64,000 bases of DNA. Source: Longimicrobiales bacterium (lineage in GTDB: Bacteria; Gemmatimonadota; Gemmatimonadetes; Longimicrobiales; Gaopeijiaceae). This document shows positions 38,014 through 50,589 of this stretch, piece by piece. A program made the translations under genes and the position numbers. Location: the NCBI GenBank assembly GCA_963664435.2, contig CAXXKM010000001.1, positions 1,152,001 through 1,216,000 of the forward strand. The letters are read 5' to 3'. The notes beneath the pieces are model-generated. The model did no database searches, was not told the DNA's origin, and saw only the letters and a list, made by a program, of their open reading frames with translations. The first letter of the stretch is position 1. The number at the start of each line of letters is the position of its first letter.

Positions 38014-40053
38014 TTGTCCGGAAAAACAGTAATGATCTTCGCCGGCGCCGCGGCCGTTCTGGTCGCGGCGCTGGTGGTTTTCTACGGCCCCACGCGTGCA
38101 ACCTCGCCCCAGTTGCGCCCCGGGCTTCCGATCGACGCGCTGGCCGAGACCGTGTGGATCGAAGAGTTCGACATCTCGCCCGATGGCGGTCTCCTCGTCT
38201 TCAAGTCCGCCGCGGGCGGGTCCTACGACCTCTGGACCGTGCCCACCGCGGGAGGCGCACCCACGCGCATCACCGGGATGGCGGGCCGCGAGATGGCACC
38301 GCGCTTCAGCCCCGACGGGCGCTGGATCGCCTTCGAGGCCGACTTCGGTGGAACCGATGTGCGCGACATCTACGTGGTGCCCTCCGGCGGCGGGGAGCCC
38401 ACGCGCCTGACCGACCACCCGCTGAGCGACGCCGGCATCTCCTGGGCGCCCGACAGCCGCCGCGTCTACTTCAACACCAGCATGTTCTGGGACAACTCGG
38501 TCGCGGCGGTGGACATCGAGACCGGCGGGATCGAGCGGGTCGGGCCGGGGGGCAGCGGTCAGCTGTCCGCCGACGGCGCCATGTTCGCCTTCACCCGCAA
38601 CACCCGCCCGCAGGACGACGCCCAGAGCAACCAGGACATCTGGATCATGCCGGCGGCGGGCGGGGACGCGCGCGCCCTCACCCCGGGCACCTTCGACTGG
38701 CGCGACACCGAGCCGCGCTGGTCCCCCGACGGCACCCGCCTGGCCTTCGTCTCCGACCGCAACGGCTTCAACAACCTGGGCGTGCTGGACGCGGCCACCG
38801 GCGAAGCCACCATGCTGCTCACCGAGGACGTCGAGCACAGCGAGCCGCGCTGGTCCCCGGACGGCCGCTGGATCTCCTTCACCCGTAACCTCGACTACGA
38901 GTACCACATCTTCCGCATCCCCGCCGAAGGCGGAGAACCGGAGCAGCTCACCCACGCCACCGGGGTCAACGGCGGGTCGCGGGCCACCGGCCAGACGCGC
39001 GGCGGCCACCTCTGGCACCCGGACGGCGAGCACATCGTCTACACCCATTCGGGGCCTTCGCGGACCGGAGACCTCTGGATCCTGCCGGTCGAGGGCGGCG
39101 AGCCGCGCCGGATCACCGACCACCAGCACCCGGCCCTCGGCGACCCCGAGCTGTTCGTCGAGCCGGAGTTCATCGAGTACACCAGCTTCGACGGCCTTGA
39201 AGTTGCCGGGCTGGTCTACAAGCCGAAGGGCGCCAGCGCCGGCGATCGCCTCCCGGCCCTCTTCTTCTTCCGCGCCAACTCCAACGGGCAGCACCCGAAG
39301 CAGTGGCATCCGTACATCCAGTATTTCGTGAGCCGCGGCTATCTGGTCTTCGCGCCCAACTTCCGCGGCAGCACCGGACGGGGAAAGGCGTACCGGCAGG
39401 CCGTGCACACCCACGGGGGCGACCGCGACCTGCGCGACGCCTTCGCCGGCATGGACCTGCTCGCCGGGCAGGGCTGGGTGGACCCGGAGCGGGTGGGCGC
39501 CTTCGGGGGCTCGACCGGCGGCTTCTACACCACGACCGCGGTCACCAAGGATCCCGGCCGCTTCCGCGCGGGCATCGTCTGGTACGGCTCGACCGACCTG
39601 GTGACGCTGTCGACCTACGGCGGCATGGAGGGATGGAACCGGTTCCTGATCGGCCGCACGCCGATGGAGAACCCGCGCAACTACTACGAGCGCTCCATCA
39701 TCTACCACGCCGACGAAATCGATGTCCCGCTCCTGTTCCTGTACGCCCAGGGGGACGGGGCAGCGCGCTTCCAGCAGATCGAGCAGTACGGCATCCAGGC
39801 CGAGATCCACGGCAACTGGTACGACTGGGTCGTTTACGGCGGCGAGCCGCACGGCTGGTATCACTGGGGCCCCGCGAGCGTCGGGCAGTCGCTCGAGATC
39901 ATGAGCGCGATGTTCGACACCTTCATCCTCGGCGACGAACACGACGTTCACGCGATGGCGCGGACCCAGCGCGAAGGCATCCGGATCCAGCGCAACCCGA
40001 CCATCGAACTCTGGAACTCCCTGGTAAACGGCCAACCCCCGGGCGGAGGCTGA
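38014..40053 (+). CDS. S9 family peptidase with PD40 propeller
   Basis: GAGGA RBS + TTG (or ATG 38032); WSPDG repeats; PNFRGSTG.G, GGSTGG nucleophile, EPHG. Confidence 0.85.
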   Translation: MSGKTVMIFAGAAAVLVAALVVFYGPTRATSPQLRPGLPIDALAETVWIEEFDISPDGGLLVFKSAAGGSYDLWTVPTAGGAPTRITGMAGREMAPRFSPDGRWIAFEADFGGTDVRDIYVVPSGGGEPTRLTDHPLSDAGISWAPDSRRVYFNTSMFWDNSVAAVDIETGGIERVGPGGSGQLSADGAMFAFTRNTRPQDDAQSNQDIWIMPAAGGDARALTPGTFDWRDTEPRWSPDGTRLAFVSDRNGFNNLGVLDAATGEATMLLTEDVEHSEPRWSPDGRWISFTRNLDYEYHIFRIPAEGGEPEQLTHATGVNGGSRATGQTRGGHLWHPDGEHIVYTHSGPSRTGDLWILPVEGGEPRRITDHQHPALGDPELFVEPEFIEYTSFDGLEVAGLVYKPKGASAGDRLPALFFFRANSNGQHPKQWHPYIQYFVSRGYLVFAPNFRGSTGRGKAYRQAVHTHGGDRDLRDAFAGMDLLAGQGWVDPERVGAFGGSTGGFYTTTAVTKDPGRFRAGIVWYGSTDLVTLSTYGGMEGWNRFLIGRTPMENPRNYYERSIIYHADEIDVPLLFLYAQGDGAARFQQIEQYGIQAEIHGNWYDWVVYGGEPHGWYHWGPASVGQSLEIMSAMFDTFILGDEHDVHAMARTQREGIRIQRNPTIELWNSLVNGQPPGGG

Positions 40054-40069
40054 TTGCCGGCCATTCCGC

Positions 40070-40098
40070 TTGATCCCGGCGAGTCCGGGACCTATTGT
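40070..40098 (+). promoter_or_regulatory. Possible sigma70-type promoter for SusC-like gene 1
   Basis: TTGATC-N17-TATTGT; overlapped by the inverted repeat TCCCGG-N5-CCGGGA. Confidence 0.35.
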
Positions 40099-40185
40099 GG
40101 GGTTTGCTTCCCCAAGGGGTGGGGGAGTTCTATACCTCCGGGCTGACATACGGCCCTGTTTCCTGTTCGCAGCAGAGGAGGCCAG

Positions 40186-43104
40186 ATGGTGCATCCAAGG
40201 TCGGACTACACAAACCTGCACGCCGGCATCGCCCGGCTGAGGAGGGCGGCCCTTGTCGCCGTGGCGATGATTCCGCTGGCGGTGGCGTTCGGGTTCGCGA
40301 CGCCCCGCACGGTTGACGCCCAGGAAAACGGTCAGGTGATCGGCCAGGTGACCGATCAGGCCACAGGTCGCCCGCTGGTTCAGGTGCAGGTCTACCTGGC
40401 GGGCACCGGGCTGGGGACCCTGACCCGGGGCGACGGCCGCTTCCTGCTCCTGAACGTCCCCGCGGGCAACTACACCCTGACCGCGGAGCGCATCGGCATG
40501 CGCACGGCAACGGCGCAGATCACGGTCGATGCCGGCCAGTCCACCACGGCCGACCTGCAGCTGGAGGAGGAGGCGCTCGGGCTGGACGAGATCGTGGTCA
40601 CCGGCACCGCCGGGCAGGCGCGCCGCCGCGAGGTCGGCACCTCCGTCGCCCAGGTGGATGTGGCCACCCTGGCCGACCCGGTGCCCACGGTCGACCAGCT
40701 GCTCTCCGCGCGGGCGCCCGGCGTGGTCGCCGTCCGGACTTCCGGAATGTCCGGCTCCGGCTCGCAGATCCGCCTGCGCGGCAACGTGAGCGTGGCGATG
40801 TCGAACCAGCCGCTCGTCTACGTGGACGGCGTGCGCATCCGCAGTGACGGCCTGGCGCTGAACCACGCCGTCGGTCAGCACGTCGCCTTCGGCCCCAAGG
40901 ACGTGATGGGGCCGCTGAACGACATCAACCCCAGCGACATCGAGCGCATCGAGATCGTCAAGGGTCCGGCCGCGACCGCACTCTACGGCACGGAAGCGGC
41001 GGGCGGCGTCATCCAGATCTTCACCAAGCGCGGCTCGGGCGGCGACGCGCAGTGGAGCGCGCAGATCGACCAGGGCGTCAACTGGGTCCAGGAGTTCGGC
41101 CCTCCCAACGCGCCCTATATGAGGCTCGATCCCTGGCTCCGCAACGGCCACCAGCAGCGGTATTCGCTCTCCGTGCGCGGCGGAACCGAGACCGTCTCCT
41201 ACTACGTGTCCGGCAGCATGGACAACAACGAGGGCATCCTGCCCAACGACGCCGACCAGAAGTACCTGGGACGCATCAACCTGGGATTTCAGCCCCGCAG
41301 CGACCTCGACGTTCAGCTGACCACATCGATCACGCGCCAGCACGTCGAGAATTCGCCCAGCGGATCGAGCCCCTACAGCATTTCCCACAACGGCTACAAG
41401 AGGGCGCCCGCCCGCCAGGCCCACGCCACGTATGTGCGCACATGGGAGGAGGACGTCATCTGGCGGCTCCTCGACTACGAGATCGACACGGACGTGGATC
41501 GCGTGGTGGCCGGCATCACCACGACCTACACGCCGATGCCGCGCTTCACCAATCGGCTCACGCTGGGGCTCGACCGCCTTGCCAGCGACATGCGCAACGT
41601 CCGGCCCTTCGGCTACGTGAACGACCCCACGGGTTCCGTCTCCGACCGCACCTGGACCGCCGAACAGCTCACCGCCGACTACGTGGGCAGCTTTGATCTG
41701 CGCCTGACCGAAAGCTTCCGCACCAGCCTCTCCTGGGGCGGGCAGTCGATCGTTGCGCGCGACACCGATCTGGGGGCGAGCACGAACACGCTCCCCGGAC
41801 CCGGCGAGCACACGGTCACCAGCGGCGCATCCTATCAGGCCCGGGAGGCACGCTCGCGCGTCGTCAACGCGGGCATCTTCGGTCAGACCCTGCTCGACTT
41901 CAGCGACCGCTACTTCCTGACCCTGGCGCTGCGCATCGACGGCAACAGCGCCTTCGGCGAGGACTTCGGCCTCCAGCCCTACCCGCGCGCCACTTTCTCG
42001 TGGGTGGTTTCCGACGAGAGCTTCTGGTCTCCGGACTTCGGCGAGATGAAGTTCCGCGTTGCCTGGGGACACGCCGGGAGGGCTCCGGGCGCCTTCGACG
42101 CCGTGCGAACCTGGCAGCCGATTCCCTGGCTCGGCCAAACCTCCTTCAATCCGCTCAACGTGGGCAACCGCGACCTGGGGCCCGAGCGCACCGTCGAACT
42201 CGAAGCCGGCATCGACGGCGTAATGCTCGACGAGCGCCTCAGGATCGGCTTCACCTACTACGACCAGGAGACCCGCGACGCGCTCGTCCCGGTGCAGCTG
42301 GTCCCGAGCCTCGGCTTCACGGGCTCGCAGCTGCGCAACGTGGGCGTGTTGTCGAACAAGGGCATCGAGCTCGACGTGAACGGCACCGTGATTCAGAGCC
42401 GCGCGCTCAGTTGGGACCTGGGGGTCACGCTCTACACCAACAAGAGCGAGGCGGTGGATCTCGGCGGCAACGCCGGATTCGGTGTCAGCGGGGGTGGATG
42501 GCTCGAGGAGGGACAACCGGTACCCGCGGTCCGCTACGACCGGCTGACGAACCCCGACCAGATCGGGGAGCCCGTTGTCGAGCGGAATCACATCTGGGGC
42601 CCGAACCAGCCCACGCTGACCATCACCCCCAACACCTCTCTCGCCCTGGGGGGCGGCATCACGATTTCGGCGCGCGGCGAGTACCTCGGTGGCCACTACA
42701 TCTTCGACCGCCAGAGCACCACCTCGGCCCAGCGCGGTCAGGTCAGTCCGCTTTGCGACGATGCCGTGCCGAGCCTTCAGGCTGGCCAGCGCGCCCAGTT
42801 GACGGCCTTCGACATCTACGCGTGCAGCGGCGAATTCAGCGCGCACCTCGTCTATCCCAACGACTTCTTCCGAATTCGCGACCTGACCGTGTCGGCACCT
42901 GTGCCGTTCACCGTCCCGGGAACCACCAACGCCACCATGACCCTCTCCGTGCAGAACTTCTGGACGTGGAAGAACGAGGATTTCCTCGCCATGGATCCGG
43001 AGATGGCCGGCAACAATGGGATGGAATCGGGAATCACGCGCGCGATCTGGGAACATCCACCGCCGCCGGCGAGCTTCATCGCCTCCCTCAGGATGGCCTT
43101 CTGA
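40186..43104 (+). CDS. SusC/RagA-like TonB-dependent receptor, copy 1
   Basis: Carboxypeptidase-regulatory-like N-domain, LDEIVVTGT, IRLRG, DINP.DIERIEIVKGPAATALYG.EAAGGVIQIFTK, DGNSAFG, C-terminal F. Confidence 0.93.
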   Translation: MVHPRSDYTNLHAGIARLRRAALVAVAMIPLAVAFGFATPRTVDAQENGQVIGQVTDQATGRPLVQVQVYLAGTGLGTLTRGDGRFLLLNVPAGNYTLTAERIGMRTATAQITVDAGQSTTADLQLEEEALGLDEIVVTGTAGQARRREVGTSVAQVDVATLADPVPTVDQLLSARAPGVVAVRTSGMSGSGSQIRLRGNVSVAMSNQPLVYVDGVRIRSDGLALNHAVGQHVAFGPKDVMGPLNDINPSDIERIEIVKGPAATALYGTEAAGGVIQIFTKRGSGGDAQWSAQIDQGVNWVQEFGPPNAPYMRLDPWLRNGHQQRYSLSVRGGTETVSYYVSGSMDNNEGILPNDADQKYLGRINLGFQPRSDLDVQLTTSITRQHVENSPSGSSPYSISHNGYKRAPARQAHATYVRTWEEDVIWRLLDYEIDTDVDRVVAGITTTYTPMPRFTNRLTLGLDRLASDMRNVRPFGYVNDPTGSVSDRTWTAEQLTADYVGSFDLRLTESFRTSLSWGGQSIVARDTDLGASTNTLPGPGEHTVTSGASYQAREARSRVVNAGIFGQTLLDFSDRYFLTLALRIDGNSAFGEDFGLQPYPRATFSWVVSDESFWSPDFGEMKFRVAWGHAGRAPGAFDAVRTWQPIPWLGQTSFNPLNVGNRDLGPERTVELEAGIDGVMLDERLRIGFTYYDQETRDALVPVQLVPSLGFTGSQLRNVGVLSNKGIELDVNGTVIQSRALSWDLGVTLYTNKSEAVDLGGNAGFGVSGGGWLEEGQPVPAVRYDRLTNPDQIGEPVVERNHIWGPNQPTLTITPNTSLALGGGITISARGEYLGGHYIFDRQSTTSAQRGQVSPLCDDAVPSLQAGQRAQLTAFDIYACSGEFSAHLVYPNDFFRIRDLTVSAPVPFTVPGTTNATMTLSVQNFWTWKNEDFLAMDPEMAGNNGMESGITRAIWEHPPPPASFIASLRMAF

Positions 43105-43160
43105 TGCGGCGGGCGAACGAGGAGAGAGCGAACAGCGATAACAAGAAGGAGTCGTTGAAG

Positions 43161-44429
43161 ATGCGCATACAGCAAACCACCACAGGCGGGCGCCGGATCG
43201 CGCGGCTGGTGGCCCTGGCCGCCCTCGCCGCCACCGGCTGCGATCTGGAAGTGACCAATCCCGGCCCCGTCCAGGACGAATTCCTTAACGACACCCAGGC
43301 GTTCCCGTCGGTGCTGCAGGGCGTTCGACGCGCAAACGCGCTCGCGTACACGCGTCTGGCCTACGACTCGGGGCTGACGAGCTTCGAGGGAACGCCGGGA
43401 GGGCTGGTCGACTCGGAGTTCTACAACGGGAAGCTCACCTCGGAAAACGTGGACGATCACTGGGAGCGGGCCCAGCAGGCGCGCTGGATGGCGGAGGACG
43501 GCGTGCGCCGACTGCGCGACGCTCTGGGCGGCGAGTTCAGCTCAAACGAGATCGCCGGCAGGCTTCTGGTGCTGTCCGGCTTCGCCAACCGCACGCTGGG
43601 CCACAACATGTGCATCGCCGTGTTCGATGGAGGTCCCGAACAGCCCTCCACCGACTTTCTGACACGCGCAGAGGAACACTTCACCGAGGCCATCGGCGTC
43701 GGCAACGCCGCCGGAGCGTCCGACATCGCGCTCGCCGCCCAGGCCGGGCGCGCTGACGTGCGCATGTGGCTCGGAGACTGGAGCGGCGCCCGGAGCGACG
43801 CCACCGGCATCCCCGAGGACTTCGTCTTCCAGCTGCACCATTACGATCTGGACGATTTTCCGGATCCCAACGAGGTCTACTTCCGCGGGGCGTCGGACCC
43901 GTGGCGGGAGTACACCATCTGGGGCACCTTCGCCGAGAGCTACTACGCCGAGACCGGCGACCCGCGCATGGGGTGGTTCGAGATCGCGGACGCCGTCACC
44001 ATGGTGTACAACCTGCCCTTCTATGTACAGAAGAAGTTCACCAGCAAGACATCGCCGCACACCCTCGCATCAGGACGGGAAATGATCCTGATTCAGGCGG
44101 AGGAGATCCTGGCCAACAACCCGGGGAACTTCCAGGCGGCGATGGATCTCATCAACCAGGTCCGCACGAGCGTGGTGAGCGACCACACCGGCGAGGCCCT
44201 GCCGCCCGCAACCGCCGCCAACGCGACCGAGGCATGGACCGCGCTCAAGCAGGAGCGGCGCGTGGAGCTGTGGTTCGACAACCGTCGTTTCGCCGACCTG
44301 CGCCGCTGGGGCCTACAGTCAAGGCCGGGCGCCACCCCCATGGAGGACATGTCGGGGCGCAGCAACTGCTTCCCCGTCGGGGTCAGCGAGATCGACACCA
44401 ACTCGAACCCTCTCAATCGCGTCAGCTGA
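43161..44429 (+). CDS. RagB/SusD-like lipoprotein, copy 1
   Basis: Lipobox LAATGC; EMILIQAE, INQVR, QERRVELWF..RR..DLRRW. Confidence 0.88.
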   Translation: MRIQQTTTGGRRIARLVALAALAATGCDLEVTNPGPVQDEFLNDTQAFPSVLQGVRRANALAYTRLAYDSGLTSFEGTPGGLVDSEFYNGKLTSENVDDHWERAQQARWMAEDGVRRLRDALGGEFSSNEIAGRLLVLSGFANRTLGHNMCIAVFDGGPEQPSTDFLTRAEEHFTEAIGVGNAAGASDIALAAQAGRADVRMWLGDWSGARSDATGIPEDFVFQLHHYDLDDFPDPNEVYFRGASDPWREYTIWGTFAESYYAETGDPRMGWFEIADAVTMVYNLPFYVQKKFTSKTSPHTLASGREMILIQAEEILANNPGNFQAAMDLINQVRTSVVSDHTGEALPPATAANATEAWTALKQERRVELWFDNRRFADLRRWGLQSRPGATPMEDMSGRSNCFPVGVSEIDTNSNPLNRVS

Positions 44430-44468
44430 ACTGAAGCCGGTGCGGGGGGAGCCCTCCAGGAGGTTTTC

Positions 44469-45746
44469 GTGCAAAAAGGTACCGTCGATGCTGGCGAGAA
44501 CGTCATCTTCGACTGGAACCAGTTGCACAAGCGGGCTCCTCTCGCACCCGGTCGCTTCGACCTGGTGGACGAGACTCTGAGGGACGGCCTTCAGTCACCC
44601 TCGGTCACCGATCCCAGCATTGAGCAGAAGATCGAGCTCATCCACCTCATGGAGGACCTCGGCATCCGGATGGCGGATGTCGGGCTTCCCGGGGCAGGTA
44701 CGCGGGCGCAGGACGATGTCCGGGCTCTGGTCGAGGAGATTCGCGACAGCCGCATGAAGCTGACGCCCATGTGCGCCGCCCGTACCATGGTGCGCGACGT
44801 GGAGCCGATCGCCGACATCGCCCAGAAGACGGGCATGCCGATCGAAGTCTACGCCTTCATCGGCTCGAGCCCCATCCGTCTTTTCGTCGAGTCCTGGAGC
44901 GTCGATACGCTCCTGCGCCGCATCGACGAGACCGTGACCTTCGCCATGCGCGAAGGACTCGAGGTCTGCATCGTGACCGAGGACACCACCCGGTCGCGGC
45001 CGGATGTGCTGGATCCTCTCTTCCGCGCCGCGATCCGCCTGGGGGTGCGCCGCCTCTGCCTGTGCGACACCGTGGGACACGTCACCCCGGACGGAATGAA
45101 GAACCTGTTCGACTGGACCCACTCGCTGATCCGCGGCATGGGTGAGCCCGTCGAACTGGACTGGCACGGCCACAACGACCGCGGCCTGGGCGTCACCAAC
45201 GCCATCCTGGCCATCGAGTACGGCGCCACCCGGGCCCACGGCACCGGACTGGGCGTGGGCGAGCGGGTCGGGAACGCCTCCATCGACCAGATGCTGCTGA
45301 ACCTCAAACTGCTGGGCGAGTGGGACCACGACCTGTCGAAGCTCGGCCGCTACTGCCAGGCGGTGTCACGCTATTGCAGGGTGGACATCCACCCCAGCTA
45401 CCCCATGGCCGGGCGCGATGCCTTCCGCACGGGCACCGGGGTGCACGCGGCGGCGATCATAAAGGCCCTCAAGCGGGGGGACCGGCGGCTGGCCGACCGT
45501 GTGTATTCGGGCGTGCCCGCCAACTGGTTCGGCCGGGAACAGGAGATCGAGATCGGCCACATGAGCGGGCTGTCCAACGTCAGCTACTGGCTGGCCTCGC
45601 GCCGCATTCCCGTCGACGACGAACTGTGCTCCGCCATTCTTGCCCGCGCCAAGTCCTCCAACCGCATCCTCACCGATGATGAGGTGATGGACATCGTGCG
45701 GGCGCACCGCGGCGACCCGGTGGAGGAGGCGATCGCCGAAGGCTGA
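44469..45746 (+). CDS. DRE-TIM metallolyase, LeuA/homocitrate synthase-like, without regulatory domain
   Basis: DETLRDGLQ, EDTTR, CDTVG, WHGHNDRG, GVGERVGN, GVHA. Confidence 0.85.
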   Translation: MQKGTVDAGENVIFDWNQLHKRAPLAPGRFDLVDETLRDGLQSPSVTDPSIEQKIELIHLMEDLGIRMADVGLPGAGTRAQDDVRALVEEIRDSRMKLTPMCAARTMVRDVEPIADIAQKTGMPIEVYAFIGSSPIRLFVESWSVDTLLRRIDETVTFAMREGLEVCIVTEDTTRSRPDVLDPLFRAAIRLGVRRLCLCDTVGHVTPDGMKNLFDWTHSLIRGMGEPVELDWHGHNDRGLGVTNAILAIEYGATRAHGTGLGVGERVGNASIDQMLLNLKLLGEWDHDLSKLGRYCQAVSRYCRVDIHPSYPMAGRDAFRTGTGVHAAAIIKALKRGDRRLADRVYSGVPANWFGREQEIEIGHMSGLSNVSYWLASRRIPVDDELCSAILARAKSSNRILTDDEVMDIVRAHRGDPVEEAIAEG

Positions 45747-45799
45747 GGACCGCGAACGGCAGCGGCTGCGCCCGGCCCGTTGCGCCCGGGCCGACAAGT

Positions 45800-46309
45800 C
45801 TACCTGCTCAGGTGCAGCGTCAACCCCAGCATGAATTCGGTGATGGGCCCCCCTCCCGCTGACGCAGGGTCTCCCTCGATCGACAGGAGCAGCCCGAGGC
45901 CGAGCGCGGCCCCCACGCCCGCCGCCAGCCAGGTGCGGGTCTGGTTCAACTCTCGGCGGGAGATGGCCTCGATGTCGGATACCGCGAAGGAAACAGGATC
46001 CGTCGTCACCGACCCCAACTCCGGCAGCAAATCGAGGCGTCCGGCGTCCAGGTCGACCACGGTGCCTTCGACCTGCGTCCTCCTCTCCAGTTGCGCGGGG
46101 AGTCGGTCGACGGCCTGATCGAACACGCGCAAGCGCACCGCTTCGCCCGGCGCCACGGTCTCCACCCCCACCTGGGTATAGCTGTAGCAGCCGGTCGCGA
46201 GTGGAAGTGCGAGCGGGAGAAGCAGCGTGGCGACTCGCGGCAGCCTGCCGGGGAAGGCGCAACGGCGTCGCGATGTTCGGACCGGGTTCCGACGATTCAG
46301 GGGCAACAT
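45800..46309 (-). CDS. Hypothetical lipoprotein (start uncertain)
   Basis: Lipobox LATGC-YSY; C-terminal hydrophobic Gly/Ala helix; similar to 56492-57001. Confidence 0.7.
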   Translation of the reverse strand: MLPLNRRNPVRTSRRRCAFPGRLPRVATLLLPLALPLATGCYSYTQVGVETVAPGEAVRLRVFDQAVDRLPAQLERRTQVEGTVVDLDAGRLDLLPELGSVTTDPVSFAVSDIEAISRRELNQTRTWLAAGVGAALGLGLLLSIEGDPASAGGGPITEFMLGLTLHLSR

Positions 46310-46641
46310 CCGTACGAAGGCCCTCGGGTTTTGAGGTCGGTCAAGCGGGTTGGGAGCGCAATATCAGCGAGCACCTGCGCACAGGGCTGCGGGGGAAAAC
46401 GGGACACGGACCGGCCGTTCCACCCGTCCAAATGTAATGTCGCGTCCGAGGAATGTCGCGATTGGACGAGGCACCCCGTCCGCAGGGCGTGCGCAACACT
46501 TCAACTTCCCTCGTTGTCCCCAAGGATAACCTGCCGCGTGCTGCGGAGCCCGTTCCACGGCGCTCATTTCCCGCCGAGCAGTCCTCGCCGCCGCAGCGAG
46601 GCCAAAGGCCAAACCCTACGCTTCAGAGGAGTTCAACCGAC

Positions 46642-47034
46642 ATGTCGCGATCCATCGCCACCGCCCTCGCCGTGCTGCTGATCCCAGCCTCCGCCACCGC
46701 GCTCTCGGCCCAGAATCCAACTGATTTCGCGGCCGTGCTCGGAGCCTGGGAGATGACCCTGGAAACGCCGCGCGGCAGCATTACCCAGACGCTGACCTTC
46801 GCCGCCGAGGGCGACCAGCTGGAAGGCACGCTCACCGCGCCCAACGGAAGTGTCGAGCTTCAGGAGGTCGCCTTCCAGGACGGCACGCTGACCTTTCGGG
46901 TAACGCGCAACATGCGCAATCGCCAGATTGCCCAGAGCTTCACCGCCACCATCGACGGCGACCAGATGACAGGCACCATCTCCGGCGGCCGGGGTGGAGG
47001 GCGGGAATTCACCGCCATGCGCTCCACCACCTGA
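46642..47034 (+). CDS. Small secreted hypothetical beta-rich protein
   Basis: GAGGAG RBS; signal peptide ending ALSA-Q; GAWEMT.ETPRG...F.A.R pattern. Confidence 0.75.
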   Translation: MSRSIATALAVLLIPASATALSAQNPTDFAAVLGAWEMTLETPRGSITQTLTFAAEGDQLEGTLTAPNGSVELQEVAFQDGTLTFRVTRNMRNRQIAQSFTATIDGDQMTGTISGGRGGGREFTAMRSTT

Positions 47035-47160
47035 CCGCCGCCGGGCGCGCGCGACCGCCCGTTTCGCGTTAGCATCCCTTCCACGACATCGCTCCGTCGC
47101 CGCGCCTTTGCGGCGGTGGGCAGCGACCGGAACCGGGATGCACAACGCGGGAGGAAAACC

Positions 47161-48453
47161 ATGGCCGGGCTGTCACGACGCGCGTTCGTGGGGGCAGGCG
47201 CGGCCGGGGCCGCCGGCGCCTGGCTGACGGGTTGCGGCCAGAGCACGCCGCAGGCCGATGACGGCGCACCCCCGGCCCGGCCGGACGACACCCCCCTCGC
47301 CCGACCGGACGGGGTCGACGACCCGGCATGGGCCCATGTACGGGCGGCCTTCAACCTCGAGGCCGGCATCGCCTACATGAACAACGCCGGCCTGGGCGTG
47401 CCTCCCGGGAGCGTCGCGCGCGCCGTCGCCGACGGGTACCAGGCGGTCTCGCGCGAACCCCGGCGGGCCACCGGCGCACTCCGCGAACTCGTCGCCGGGC
47501 GGGTCCGTCCCGGCCTCGCGGCCTTTCTGGGAGCCGACGTGGACGAGCTCTCCCTGACCCGCAACGCCACCGAGGCGCTGCACCTCAGTGCCGCCGGCTT
47601 CGACCTGCGCCCCGGCGACGAGGTCGTCTTCACCACCCAGGAGCATCCGGCCGGCCGCCGTCCCTGGCAACTGCGGGCCGCCCGCGACGGCATCGCGACC
47701 CGGGAAGTGTTCATTCCCAGCCCCCTGCCCGGCCCCGACCAGGTCGTCGAGGCCTTCGAGGCCGCGCTCACCCCCCGCACCCGGGTGGTCGCCTTCTGCC
47801 ATGTCACCCGGGGCGGGCACCTATATCCGGTCCGCAGGCTCGCGGCCCTCGCGCGCGACCGCGGCATCCTCACCCACGTGGACGGCGCGCAGGCCGTGGG
47901 CATGTTCCCGATCGACCTGCACGCCCTGGGGTGCGACACCTATTCGGCCAGCCTGCACAAGTGGTTCCTGGGCCCCATGGGCACCGGTTTCCTATACGTG
48001 CGCGCGGGCGCAAGAGAGAGCATCCGGTCCGCCTTCGCCTACGACGCCACCCCCGACAACCCGGCGTTCGAGCCCCCCGGCACCAACGATCTGCCGGTCC
48101 GTGCCGCGCTGGCCGCTTCCCTGGCGTTCATGGAACAGGTGGGCATCGACCGCATCGAAGCCCGCACGCGCTTCCTCTCCGACTACCTGAAGGAACGGCT
48201 CGCGGGGATGCCGGGAGCCCGCCTCGTCAGCGGTGCGACCCGCGAGACCAGCGGTCCCGCATCGACCATCTTCGAGATGGACGGCGTCGACGCCGTCGCC
48301 TCGGTGCCGGTCATTGCCGAACGAGCCTCCATCCACATCGACGAACATCGCCGCGACGGTCACGAGGCCATCCGTGTTTCCACGCACGTGTACAACACCG
48401 CGGCGGAGATCGACCGCCTCGTCGAAGCGCTCGCGGGCCTGCGGCCGGCGTAG
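47161..48453 (+). CDS. Class V aminotransferase / PLP enzyme with Tat(-lipo) signal
   Basis: SRRAFV...LTGC; YMNNAG, RNATEAL, EHP, VDGAQAVG, SLHKW, RVSTHVYN. Confidence 0.88.
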   Translation: MAGLSRRAFVGAGAAGAAGAWLTGCGQSTPQADDGAPPARPDDTPLARPDGVDDPAWAHVRAAFNLEAGIAYMNNAGLGVPPGSVARAVADGYQAVSREPRRATGALRELVAGRVRPGLAAFLGADVDELSLTRNATEALHLSAAGFDLRPGDEVVFTTQEHPAGRRPWQLRAARDGIATREVFIPSPLPGPDQVVEAFEAALTPRTRVVAFCHVTRGGHLYPVRRLAALARDRGILTHVDGAQAVGMFPIDLHALGCDTYSASLHKWFLGPMGTGFLYVRAGARESIRSAFAYDATPDNPAFEPPGTNDLPVRAALAASLAFMEQVGIDRIEARTRFLSDYLKERLAGMPGARLVSGATRETSGPASTIFEMDGVDAVASVPVIAERASIHIDEHRRDGHEAIRVSTHVYNTAAEIDRLVEALAGLRPA

Positions 48454-48495
48454 GCCGGGACCGGCCATCGTGCGCGGGCCGCCTCCGTCCCTGCC

Positions 48496-50430
<1,935 letters not shown>

Positions 50431-50589
50431 TGGCGAAGCCCGGGGTTTCGCTGTAGAATCAAGGCTGCGGGGTTGTCTCCGTCCGGGTTGGGGTGCGCCC
50501 CCGGGGAAGGTACCCGCCGGCGGAGAATCTTCGAGCACACCGCACTCGCCGCGAGCGGGCGGGTCAGGCAGAGAAGCGGGGACGACGGC

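Noticed and set aside
37909..43056. 1715-aa minus-strand ORF and similar long antisense or alternate-frame ORFs (e.g. 14555-17656, 32136-34628, 27662-30361)
   Set aside because: Shadows of real high-GC genes; Arg/Gly/Ala-rich with no motifs
46436..46460. Direct repeat AATGTCGCG twice in a divergent intergenic region
   Set aside because: Only 9 bp, two copies, no regulator nearby to tie it to
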